Program-made: the position numbers and the translations under genes
The notes under the pieces: generated by a model
What the model saw: only the letters and a program-made list of their open reading frames with translations
Told to the model about the DNA's origin: nothing
The model's database searches: none
Shown: piece after piece, positions 11,801 through 21,602 of the stretch
How the letters are laid out: each line of letters opens with the position of its first letter
Numbering within the stretch: position 1 is the first letter of the stretch
Assembly: GCA_965644315.1 (NCBI GenBank)
Contig: CBFFRQ010000018.1
Coordinates: forward strand, 558,001 to 622,000
Length of the DNA stretch: 64,000 nucleotides
DNA from: Caecitellus pseudoparvulus
Lineage: Eukaryota > Protista > Bigyra: Bicosoecida
Direction of reading: 5' to 3'

Positions 11801-12991
11801 TCACTTGTGACTGGCTGCGACCTTGGACTCTGCCCCGGACCCAGCATGCACCTCGTCACGGTCCTGCACGACGATGACATTCACCTCACTGTGCTTCACG
11901 ACGTACTCTGTGAAGCTGCCGAGGTTGACAGACTGCTTGCCAGCCGCAAAAGCGCTCATGCCGTCGGCACCCACAGCCAGGAACGCCGTGGCCTCCTCAT
12001 CCTCGTGAGGCTGGGCCACCAGCGCCGCTGCCAGGCTGGGGAAGGACTTGCCCGTGGTGTCCACAGTGGAGAAGGAGCAGCGGGAGTCCTGCTTGATGAA
12101 GTCTGTGTAGAAGTGCTTCACCCCTGACACCTTGAAGGCCTCCGACAGGTCACCCTGCGAGGTGCTGTTGTACACGTGCACAATGGCAATGCTGTCCTCT
12201 GGCCCTGCCAGCTCCTGCACCGCTTTCACCGTCACCAGTGCGCGGTGGGAGCCGTCCACGCCCACCATGAAGCGCTTGCTGCCGTCCTTCGTCCCAGTCT
12301 TGTTCTTCACCACGATGGCAGACATGAGCGCCCCACGCAGACTCAGGTCTGTCGTGCTGCCCAGCACGGTGCGGTCTGCCTTGGGCCCTTTGGACCCAGT
12401 CACGCCCACCACGAGGAAGTCCCCAGGCGGGCGCAGGCCGTTCACGTACTTCAGCAGGGTCTCCCTGCGGGGCGCCTCCACGCGCATGCTCTCAACCATC
12501 TCCATGCTCGCGCGCGCTTCCGAGTACTGCGGAAGGTGGCAAGTGAAGCATGCACAGCTGAAGCCAGGAGGGGAGGGAGAGAGGGGGGCGGCGCACCTTC
12601 GAAGCCAGCGTCGCGGAGTACACACTCTCCACTGCCTGAGACTTGAACTGGCGATTCAGGGTTGAATCTGCGGCGAGTCTCTCGCAGTTGCAGTGCGGGA
12701 AACGCTGGCGAAACGTGCAGGCGCCTCAGGGGGCTGCTGCACCCCAGCCCGCCACGCACCGCGCTCCTTGTTGAACACGTGGAAAACAGACATGTGTCCA
12801 TCCTTCTTCAGCAGCTGGCATGCTGTCAGGAAGGCGTTGTGGGCTCTGCGATGCAGCACAACGCGCCAGGTGCGGCATCGCCTCGCCCAGCGCCGCGGAG
12901 GACAAACGCCTTACGCTGCAGAGCCATCCACACCCACGACGAGGCGCACGCCAGTCTGTTTCGACGACGTTGTGGGTCCCCCAGCCGCCAT
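11801..12991 (-). CDS. Universal stress protein with tandem USP domains (multi-exon)
   Basis: Exon 1 MAAGGPTTSSKQTGVRLVVGVDGSA; second domain RFMVGVDGSHRA; USP ATP-loop-type motifs VVGVTGSKG...LGSTTD and VGADG...LGSFTEYVVKHSEVNVIVV. Confidence 0.85.
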
Positions 12992-13187
12992 GTGAGAGCC
13001 CTGTTGCTGAAGGTGTCAGGAGGGTGCACTGCAGGCAGTGGCAGGTCTGGCGATGGGAGAAGTGCCCAGGAGAGACCCCTTGGGCGAGCTCGTGATGCCT
13101 GGGAGTTCGCTGGGTCGTGTGCATTGGCTTCATGTGCGATGTGGTGCGGTCTGCACGGGGCCTGAAGCAAGTGGAGGGGGGGGGGCG

Positions 13188-16100
13188 TCACGGACGCAGG
13201 GGGGGGTCAGCCTTTGGCGCCTGCACGTGGGCCAAGTCCACGAGGTGGCGCATGGTGGGTCGCCCGTGGGGGCAGTTCCACGGCTGGTCCAGCGGCGCCA
13301 TGCCCGTGACCACCCGGCGCATCTGGTCCCGCGTCAGGGGGTCCCCGATCATGATGGCGGACCGGCAGGCCCGCGACGCCAGCATGTACTCAATGCGGGG
13401 CAGGCGCAGCGTGCCCCGCCGGGCGGCAAAGGGGTCTTGCGCCAGCATGGACGCCAGCTCCCGGACGTCCTCCACGCCGAACTGGCGTTTTTGGGAGAAG
13501 GGGATGCTGCGCAGCTTGGCCCGGTGCCCCGGCGCCGCGTCCTCGTCCACCACAAAAGTGAACCCGTTGGCCCTGAAGACGTCCAAGTGCTCCAGGACAA
13601 TCAACTCTTCCGCAGCAGTCATGTCCAGGGGCTGGGGCACGATGAGCGGCTGCTGGTGCAGGTGCAGGTTCTCCGTGTACCGCTCGTACCGCACCTTCTC
13701 GTCACAGGCGTGCTGGTCCAGGATGAACAGGTCCGAGCCACTGGCTGCGACGATGAAGCCGAGGTTGAACTGCCCCAGCACTTGCATGCTCTTGAACTTC
13801 TCCTTCGTGAGCACCCGGGACATGGCTGCGTCGGCTGTGGGGCCTACGGGGGGTGGGGCCTCAGCCGCGCCCTCCTCCCCCTCCTCGTCTGTGTCGGCTT
13901 CGAAGACGTTGCAAGGCGCTGACACAAGGGCGGCGGTGTCCTGCCCCGCCCTGTCTCGGGCTGCCGTGTGTCCCAGGGGCGGGGCGTCCGGGGTCTGTAC
14001 GGGCCCGACACCCCCCAAGAACCCCCAATCCATGTGCTCCGTCTGCTGCACCCCCGCCGAGTCCCGCCGCCTCCGCTTCGCACGGGGGGGGGTGACACAC
14101 TGGGCATGTTGGTCAACCGACTTCTCCGTGCTCTGCTCCGCGGCCACCACACTCACGTCGCCCTCCTCGCCCTCCTCCTCGCTGTCCACGGCAGTTCCCT
14201 GCGTCGGCGGCACATCCGGCTGCTGCTCCTGATCCTCGTCCGAGGAGTCGTCATCGTCGCTCTGAATGACCACCGCAGCCCGCGGACGCTTCGTGCCTCG
14301 GTGGCGCGGGGAAGGCACTGCTTGCGGCGGCGCTGCAGTGGCCACTGGCGGTTCCAGTGCGTGTTGCTCGGTCGCGTGCGCGCCACTCTGTGCAGGCGGA
14401 GGCAGCACGGCGGCAGGGGGCGAAGGCGCGTCCTGGACCAGCCCCCCGCCACCTGCTTGCGGCGCGCGTCGTGACCGGCCTCGCGTCGTCGTTATGGTGC
14501 GCTTGCCTGACTGGGGCGGCGGGCTCGCGGGTGTGGGGGAGGGCGCCAGCACAGAGGCGATGTGCCACCCGCTGCCCTGAGCAGGAGCCACAGCGCCCAC
14601 TGCCGTCACGCTCTGTGACTCGCCGCCATCACTGGCCCCGTCGGTGTCGCGCGCGGGGGGGTGCTGTCCGACCCCCACCTGCTCCGCCGCTGCAGGCTCC
14701 TCCCCCTCGGCCTGAGGCGGCTGGGAGACAACGGCGTCCCCATGGAACCCTGCCTCCCCCACAGCCCCAGGCGCAGCACTTGCAGTGGGCGACCCCGGCA
14801 CTGCCTCGGGGGTTCCTGGGCGGGCATGTGTGGCCACCGGTGACTCCGGGCGTGGCAGGGCTCCCTCGCTCTGCGCTCTGGCGGCCCGCGCGGCCAGCAT
14901 GCCCTGGATCGTGGGGATGCTGCCCTGGCCTGCCTTGGCTGCCAAGGAGCCGTTGGCGCCAGACACCGCGAAGCGGCCGCGGGACACCACCCAGCGCTCG
15001 TGCAGAGCCGCTTTCAAGGCATCCAGCAACGCGCCCTGCTCTGTCAGGATGATGTCTCGCTTGTCGGGAGCGACGTTGATGTCGAAGGTGCGGGGGGGCA
15101 GGTTGAGGTCCAGGATGAAGGCTGGCTTGTGCTTCATCTCGTACTTCCGCCACACTTCGTTCACGACGCGGGCCAGGGCGGGCATGTCCACCGGGCGGCG
15201 GTTCACGAACAGGAACTGCCGGTCGTTGTTGGACCGCCCCACCCCGGCGCCAGCCGCGCTGACAAAGCCTTCGATAGAGCCCGTCAGCAGCGGCTTTGCC
15301 GGAGAGCATGGCGCGGGTGGGGCGCCTTGCACGCCAGGCGTGGAGTTCAGGGATGTCTCCAGCGCCTGCCCTGCCCCCTCGGGTGAGCCGAGCGTGGAGG
15401 GGGTGGAGGCGGCGACGGGTGCTGCTTGAGGCTGTAGCTGCGTGGCTTGTGCGAGGTCCACGTGCAGCGGCTCCAGGCCGCCGAGGAACTTGGGCCCAAA
15501 CACCCGGGACACGGCGTCACGCATGCGCCCGTTGCCGGCGGTGGACAGCACCGTGCTCCACTTGCCCCCCGGTGTCGCCTTATGCCGCACGAGGAAACGC
15601 ACCTGACTGCAAATCACCGCGTAGGCGTTGAGGAGGTGCAGGGCGCGGGAGAGCTGTTTCTTCAGCGCCTTGGAGAACTCCCGGCGGCGCACTGGCAGCG
15701 GCACAAACAGGCCCTGCGCCGTGACTGTCGTGCCGGTGGTGCGAGCAGCGGGCTCAGACTTGGCCAGAACTCCCTGGCGGTCGTAGGTGAGCTTGGTCGC
15801 CATGTCGTCTTCCTCGCAACGAGTGGTGACGGTGAAGTCCTCGCACAGCTCACACAGGGAGGAGAGGGCTTCGCCTCTGCGTAAAGTGTGCGGGTTGCAA
15901 GCTGCACACGCTGCAGGGCGCGCACAAGCCACGGCACGCACCGGAAACCAAAGGAAGCAACGCCCCAGATGTCATCAAACTGCCGGATTTTGGACGTGTG
16001 GTACTTCGCCACAAGGCCTGCATAGTTGTCCTTGGGCACACCACAACCTGCGGGGCCAGGGCAAGTGTGCGTGGCGGCGCACCGGGCGCGCTGCTGCACA

Positions 16101-16392
16101 CGCCCTGCCACGCACCATTGTCGGACACCTCCAGCAAGTCTGCACCATAGCGAACGAGGTTCACTTCTACGCTTTTGGCGCCAGCATCCTGTGCAGCGCA
16201 GATGGGGCACGGGTGGGCTGCCCGCCGCTCGCCGAAACGCAGGTGAAACGAACTCACAACGGCATTCTCCACCAGCTCCTTCACAGCAGTCTTCAGGTCC
16301 GTGATGACCTGACCACTGCATATCCTGTGCACGTCGCGCTGAGATATGGCCTTGATTGGGCCCTTTCCCCGCTCGCTCGCACGAGCTGCCAT
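13188..16392 (-). CDS. PMS2: MutL-family mismatch repair endonuclease PMS2 (yeast PMS1)
   Basis: [39 protein letters not shown]|[13 protein letters not shown]; endonuclease motifs [25 protein letters not shown] and CPHGRP. Confidence 0.96.
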
Positions 16393-16546
16393 TCCAACGG
16401 ACTGCGCGCAGAGCAGCAGTGGGAATCGAAAGCGGGTCCACAGTCTCTGCACTGCAGCTCCAGACATGCAATGCAGCAGCACCAGGCCCGCCCCACTGCG
16501 AGCAAGCAGCATGACAGAGCTCTTGTGAATTGGGCGTGGGGTCCAA

Positions 16547-17877
16547 TTACTCCTGCTTGGCAGCAAGGGCCTTCTCGCGGTAGCCCTTGACCTTGAGCAC
16601 GCTGCGGTAGCGCACGGTGTTCTCGCGCATCTTCTTGAAGCCGGTGTTGGCGTCGTCGAACTCCAGCAGCTCCACTTGGGGGAAGACGGACTTCTCCGCG
16701 GAGAAAGCCAGCATGTCGTCGAAGTCCTGCGTGCCGCCGATCATGCTGCCCACGAGCTGCTTCTCCCCGCCAACCAGGGAGAACGGCTTGAAGGTCAGGC
16801 TGGTCTCAGCAGGGGGCAGCCCGACCAGGATGAACTTGCCACGGGGCTTCAGCAGGCCCAGGTACAGGTCCACGCTGAAGTGCGCCGCTGCAGTGCAGAG
16901 GATGGCGTCGAACGTGCCGGCGGCGGCCTTCACGGCAGCAGCGTCAGAGGTGGCCAGGAAGGCGGTGGCCCCGAACGACCGCGCCTCCTCCTCCTTGGCA
17001 GTGGAGCGGGAGATGGCGACGGTCTCGCAGCCCATCTTCGCAGCGTACTGCACTGCGACGTGGCCCAGGCCGCCAATGCCGACGACGCCGACGCGATCGC
17101 CGGCCTTGGTGTGGCGGTGCAGGGGCGCATACGTCGTCACGCCGGCACACAGAAGGGGCGCCATCTCATCGGGAATGCCCTCAGGCACGTGGAAAGTGAA
17201 GCGCTCAGGCACCTGGATGCTGGTGGCGTACCCTCCGAAGTCCCGGTCGTACAGGCCCTTGAAGGAGGAGCACAGCTGCTCGGCCTTGGCCTCGCAGTGC
17301 TCGCAGGCCTTGCACGAGTCGCGCTGAGGGCCAAAGCCCACACGGTCCCCCACCTTGAACTTGGTCACTTTGGGGCCCACTTCCACCACCTGCCCGATGA
17401 CTTCGTGGCCTGGCACCATGGGGAACTGCCCCTCGCCCCAGTCGTTGTCCACCATGTGGATGTCCGAGTGGCACATGCCGGAGGCCTGGGAGGCGGTCCG
17501 TGTCGAGTTCCATGCGGGTACTCTTCCGCCCAGTGCAGTTGCCGTCCACTCACGTGCACGTCCACGAGGACCTCGTCCTCACCAAGGGGGGGCCTTTCAA
17601 ACTCAATCTGAAAGGGGGGGGCAAAGGGAAGCTCCGTGCAAGTGTGGGCCGCCCGGGAAGGATGGTTGTGTGGGCAGCCACGCCCGGCGTGGTGGGAAGT
17701 GCACTGCAAGTCATGCATGGCACCCACCAACTCAAGGGGCCCACCGGGGGTCTTGGCACCCATGGCAAATTGAGTCGTAGGGAAAGATGTTGCGGTGGCT
17801 GCAGCCATGGTGGACGAATGCAGGAAGCGGCGGGAAGCTGTGGCGGCGAAGCGGCTGGCAATGGCACGTGGAAGCAT
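16547..17877 (-). CDS. Zn-dependent NAD(P) alcohol dehydrogenase, cinnamyl-alcohol dehydrogenase/YahK-like, with a presequence-like N-terminus
   Basis: CHSD and GHE catalytic-Zn motifs, structural Zn cluster CKACEHC...[11 protein letters not shown] and GIGGLGH. Two introns near the 5' end. Confidence 0.92.
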
Positions 17878-18064
17878 GCTCTGGAGCAAAGTTGCGACAC
17901 GGTCGTGGGGAAGTTAGCGAGAAGAGGAGGACAGTGAGCGGTGAAGGGCGAGAAAGAAGTGACAGACTGAGTGTATTGCAGAGACATGGCGGTCCAGCCC
18001 TGGCGCAAGTTCCACGAAGGCGAGCAATTGCTCCAGGGCAAAGATCAACCCAGCATCGCAGGCG

Positions 18065-21000
18065 CTACCGCCCCCCTGGAGACCGTGCCAGCGCATGGTG
18101 TGGGCGGAACACCTGCGCCTGGGGCACAGACGGCGACATCAGCGCCGTGAACGCCTCGTCCCCTTGCCGGGCGGCCGTCATCACGGGTCGCTGCCTGTGG
18201 GAGGGGCGGGCAGGCGACGGCGCTGGCTCCTTGCCCTCCCCCAACCCCCCTCGCTGAGGCAGGCTGCCGATCACGCGCACCGTGGGGCGCCCCGTGGACG
18301 CTGCCTCCGCTGTGGCGCTGGCTTCTGGCACGATGCTGAGGCCCAGCGCCTCCTTGGTCTCTGGCCCCTGTGGCAGGCCCCGGCTGACGAAGGGGGCGGG
18401 CACCTGACCCTCGCCGCCTTCCCTGCCGTGCGACGTGGCGGCCGCCTGGCCACCAGGCAGCAGCAAGCTGCGACTGACCACCCGTCTGGGCTTGTGCTGC
18501 TGTGGCTGGTGGCTGTGGGCGACGCCGTCAGCGAGCAAGGCCTCCCCCCACACATCGCGGACGGTGGCGACGACAGGGTCCCCTTCGTCCCCGTCCTCGG
18601 CGTCCCAGGAGGAGGAGCCCGCCGTGTCGCCGCCGTCGCCGCTGGAGGTGGTGGTTGCCCCCAACCACTGCGTCATGGCACCCTCCTCGTCGCTGTCGTA
18701 CCCCTCGCCATCCGAGCAGTCGGACTCCTCCCCCGCGGTGCCCTCCTCCCCCTCCAGCCGGGTCAAGATGAAGGACAGCCCGGCCTTGCCCTGGCCAGAC
18801 CTGTCTATGAGCGCCTTCACCACCGTGCGCAGCCCCATGCGCCGGGCCTGGTCCCGGATGTGCGCGTTGGCCAGCAGGCTGTACACGGCTGCCGCCGCGA
18901 AGCCAGCCACGTCGTCCGTCGGCGAGTCCAGGAACTCCATGAGCGTCTCCAGCGCACCAGCCGGGGCACTCACTGCACTGCGCCGGCCTGCCGCCCGCTG
19001 CGCAAGCGTCGTCACCAGTGCACATGTGTACTGGATGGAGTAATGCGAGGCGCCGCCGTGGCCACCCGCCTCCGATGGCGCCGCCGCCTCGCGCAGGGTG
19101 CGCAGCGCCCATGCCATGACCCCCGTGCGCACCATGATGTCCTGCGGCACTCTCAGTGTGGACACCTTCTGCAGGATCCCCGCGGCAGACTGCCTGGGGC
19201 CGGTGTCCCCCCCGTGTAGCAGCAGCACGCGCACGACCGCCGGAACCAGGCACGGGTCGCGCAGGAGGTACGCACGAGCCGCAGGCGTGGAAGCACAGGC
19301 ATTCAACAGGCGCAGAGTGCTGTCCAGGACCAGGGGGTGGCCGCAGCCCAGCAGCACGGCCACCAGCGAGGCACGCGCCACTGCCGCCACGCTGGCGGGC
19401 GCACCCCCCGCATCGCCCGCTGCGACGACATCCCCCACTGGGACAGCCTGCACGGCTGCTGCGGCAGCAGACGCGCCCAGGAAGTCGCTGCGCACGAGTG
19501 CGCGCAGCTGGCTATCACGGGCCGCCCCAGCTGCCACACGCGTGATGCGCCACCGCACCGCCTGCAACGCCAGCACCAGCTCACGCACGGGGCCAGTGGC
19601 AGCCAGCCACGCCTCGTGCAGGTACGCTGCGTACTCCACGGCGCTCCTGCAGACACTGGGGCCCATGGTGCCGTCCAGGGTGGCGAACAGGCTCAGCACG
19701 GGGGCCAGGGAGGGGTCGCTGCCCTCCAACGCCAGCTGCAAGCTCTGGCCTGGAAACAGCACATGGTGGGGCCCCCGTCCAGCAGCGTCTGCAGGGGAGG
19801 CCGCGTAGTCCAGCGCAGCCAGGCCCGGGTGCGCCTCTGCTGCAGCCGTCGCGTCGCTCTCCGCGTCTTGCTGAAAGCGGGCAGCCCAAGGCGGCACGGC
19901 CAGCAGGCCCAGTGGCGCTGCGAGGGCGACAGTGGAGCCCAGTCGGAACACGCGCTCCTCTTCGTCTGTCGGAGCTATCTCAGGGAAGGCGCTGCCTTGG
20001 CCCCGCCTGTGTCTGGCTGGCCCGCCAGTGGCCGGCGTCTCCGCAACAAACACCGCCGAGGCGCTGCTGCCTGGGCGGGACCTGCTGGGGGACGGCGTGG
20101 GAGCCCCTGGGGGTGGACCCGTCAGGGCAGAGGGCGAGACAGGCCCCCCTCCCTCCAGCCCCCCCTCATCCTCGTCACTGTCCCCGCTGGCATCTGGCGG
20201 AGCGATGCGCGCCCGCACCTCCGTTGCCAGGCGCCTCACCCGCTTGGCGAGGGACGGCAAATCCACCGGTGGCAAGGCTCCTGTGTACGCCCTGCCGTCA
20301 TCCTTGGCTGGGACGGGGGGCGAGTGCCGCTCGGGCGTTGAGGTGTGACTGCGCCGGTGTGGCCGCTGGGGCGTCGAGGCCTGCCCAGGGCTGTCCCGGG
20401 ACTCGGCCGCTTGCACTGCGGCAGAGAGGGGCGTCAGGGCGCTGCCTCCCCGCGGCAGTGGCTGCAGCGGCACTTGGTTTGCACTGTGCATGGGCGGCGC
20501 CTGCAGCGCGGCCACCTGCCCGGCCCGCAGCACTGGGCGGGACAGGTTCGCAGTGTGCTCCAGCACACGCCCCTCCATGGCCAGCAGCGCTGAGCGGGAC
20601 ACGGACAGGCGCTCCCTGGCGTTGCGGCACACCTCTGCGATGTAGGCGGTGTTCACGGGCACGGGGACGACAGGCTTGCTGTGTGAGACGACGCCCCCAG
20701 AGCAAGCCAGCGCATCTGCCGCGATGCGCTCGAGCGCCGAAAGCAGCACCAGCGATGACCTGAACACCTCCAGAGACGTGACGAGGCCTTCCTGCTCACC
20801 AGCTGCATAGGCTTGCCGCAAGTCTTGAGGCTCCTGCCCGCCTTGCTGCAAGCGGGGCAGGGGTCCGCTTCCTCCAGGCGTGCTCTGCCGCAACCGAAAG
20901 GCGGCTGCAGGGCCACTGCCGTGGGCTGGCCCGCCTGTCAGGCCCTGCTCTGTATCAGGGGGTGCTTGAAAGAGACGCCGAGGGATGGTGGATTCCTGCG

Positions 21001-21406
21001 TGTCCAAGCGGGGTGACGGTGGGCCTTGCTTGGTGTTGGGACAGCTCTGCTGGGCTGGCGTTTCTGTCGCGAAACGCTGGCTATGGTAACCACGACGCAC
21101 CTTGTCCATTGCGAAGGAGAATTGGCGGAGGGACGACCAACCCTGGACTTCTCGGCACTGACCACAAAGGGCGGCGTGCTTGGGGCTGGCGATGCAGCTG
21201 CTCACGTCCTCTGGCCTGGACTGCGCAGGGCACAGCGACGAAGCTTGGCTGCTGGTAGAGGTGTCACTGTGCCCGCTTCCAGGCCGTCCAAAAGTACACC
21301 GGGCAGTGCTTGCACTGCCTTGCTGGCATGCGTTTGTTGATCCAATTCTTTGACTGGTTGTTTTTGCCGTGTTGCATTTATCATTGCTATGCATCTGCAC
21401 GTACAA
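18065..21406 (-). CDS. ARMC9: ARMC9-like armadillo-repeat ciliary protein (5' end uncertain)
   Basis: LQAVRWRIT..RDSQLRALVRSDFL, LLNACASTPAARAYL, ILQKVSTLRVPQDIMVRTG, YSIQYTCALV and AVYSLLANAHIRDQARRMG are collinear with ARMC9 conserved blocks as recalled. Confidence 0.8.
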   Translation of the reverse strand: MYVQMHSNDKCNTAKTTSQRIGSTNACQQGSASTARCTFGRPGSGHSDTSTSSQASSLCPAQSRPEDVSSCIASPKHAALCGQCREVQGWSSLRQFSFAMDKVRRGYHSQRFATETPAQQSCPNTKQGPPSPRLDTQESTIPRRLFQAPPDTEQGLTGGPAHGSGPAAAFRLRQSTPGGSGPLPRLQQGGQEPQDLRQAYAAGEQEGLVTSLEVFRSSLVLLSALERIAADALACSGGVVSHSKPVVPVPVNTAYIAEVCRNARERLSVSRSALLAMEGRVLEHTANLSRPVLRAGQVAALQAPPMHSANQVPLQPLPRGGSALTPLSAAVQAAESRDSPGQASTPQRPHRRSHTSTPERHSPPVPAKDDGRAYTGALPPVDLPSLAKRVRRLATEVRARIAPPDASGDSDEDEGGLEGGGPVSPSALTGPPPGAPTPSPSRSRPGSSASAVFVAETPATGGPARHRRGQGSAFPEIAPTDEEERVFRLGSTVALAAPLGLLAVPPWAARFQQDAESDATAAAEAHPGLAALDYAASPADAAGRGPHHVLFPGQSLQLALEGSDPSLAPVLSLFATLDGTMGPSVCRSAVEYAAYLHEAWLAATGPVRELVLALQAVRWRITRVAAGAARDSQLRALVRSDFLGASAAAAAVQAVPVGDVVAAGDAGGAPASVAAVARASLVAVLLGCGHPLVLDSTLRLLNACASTPAARAYLLRDPCLVPAVVRVLLLHGGDTGPRQSAAGILQKVSTLRVPQDIMVRTGVMAWALRTLREAAAPSEAGGHGGASHYSIQYTCALVTTLAQRAAGRRSAVSAPAGALETLMEFLDSPTDDVAGFAAAAVYSLLANAHIRDQARRMGLRTVVKALIDRSGQGKAGLSFILTRLEGEEGTAGEESDCSDGEGYDSDEEGAMTQWLGATTTSSGDGGDTAGSSSWDAEDGDEGDPVVATVRDVWGEALLADGVAHSHQPQQHKPRRVVSRSLLLPGGQAAATSHGREGGEGQVPAPFVSRGLPQGPETKEALGLSIVPEASATAEAASTGRPTVRVIGSLPQRGGLGEGKEPAPSPARPSHRQRPVMTAARQGDEAFTALMSPSVPQAQVFRPHHALARSPGGR

Positions 21407-21602
21407 TATTAAGATCTTCTACCCTGTACATGCCGTACGTCGGAGAGCTAGACACGGCTGCCCTCGCTGCTCGAGTTACTATGGTCCTCTGCAATGGTGC
21501 ACAAGTGGATGCGTGGTGCAAAACCCGCTCGAATACTCAACCGCACCTGATTGCCGTATTCAGCAGCTCGGCTCAGGCGCCCACTGCCTTCACTGGCTCA
21601 CC

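Noticed and set aside
21300-21600. AT-richer stretch as ncRNA or foreign DNA
   Set aside because: It sits between divergent gene starts, like 57050-57430, and is consistent with an ordinary bidirectional promoter; no specific motif can be supported.
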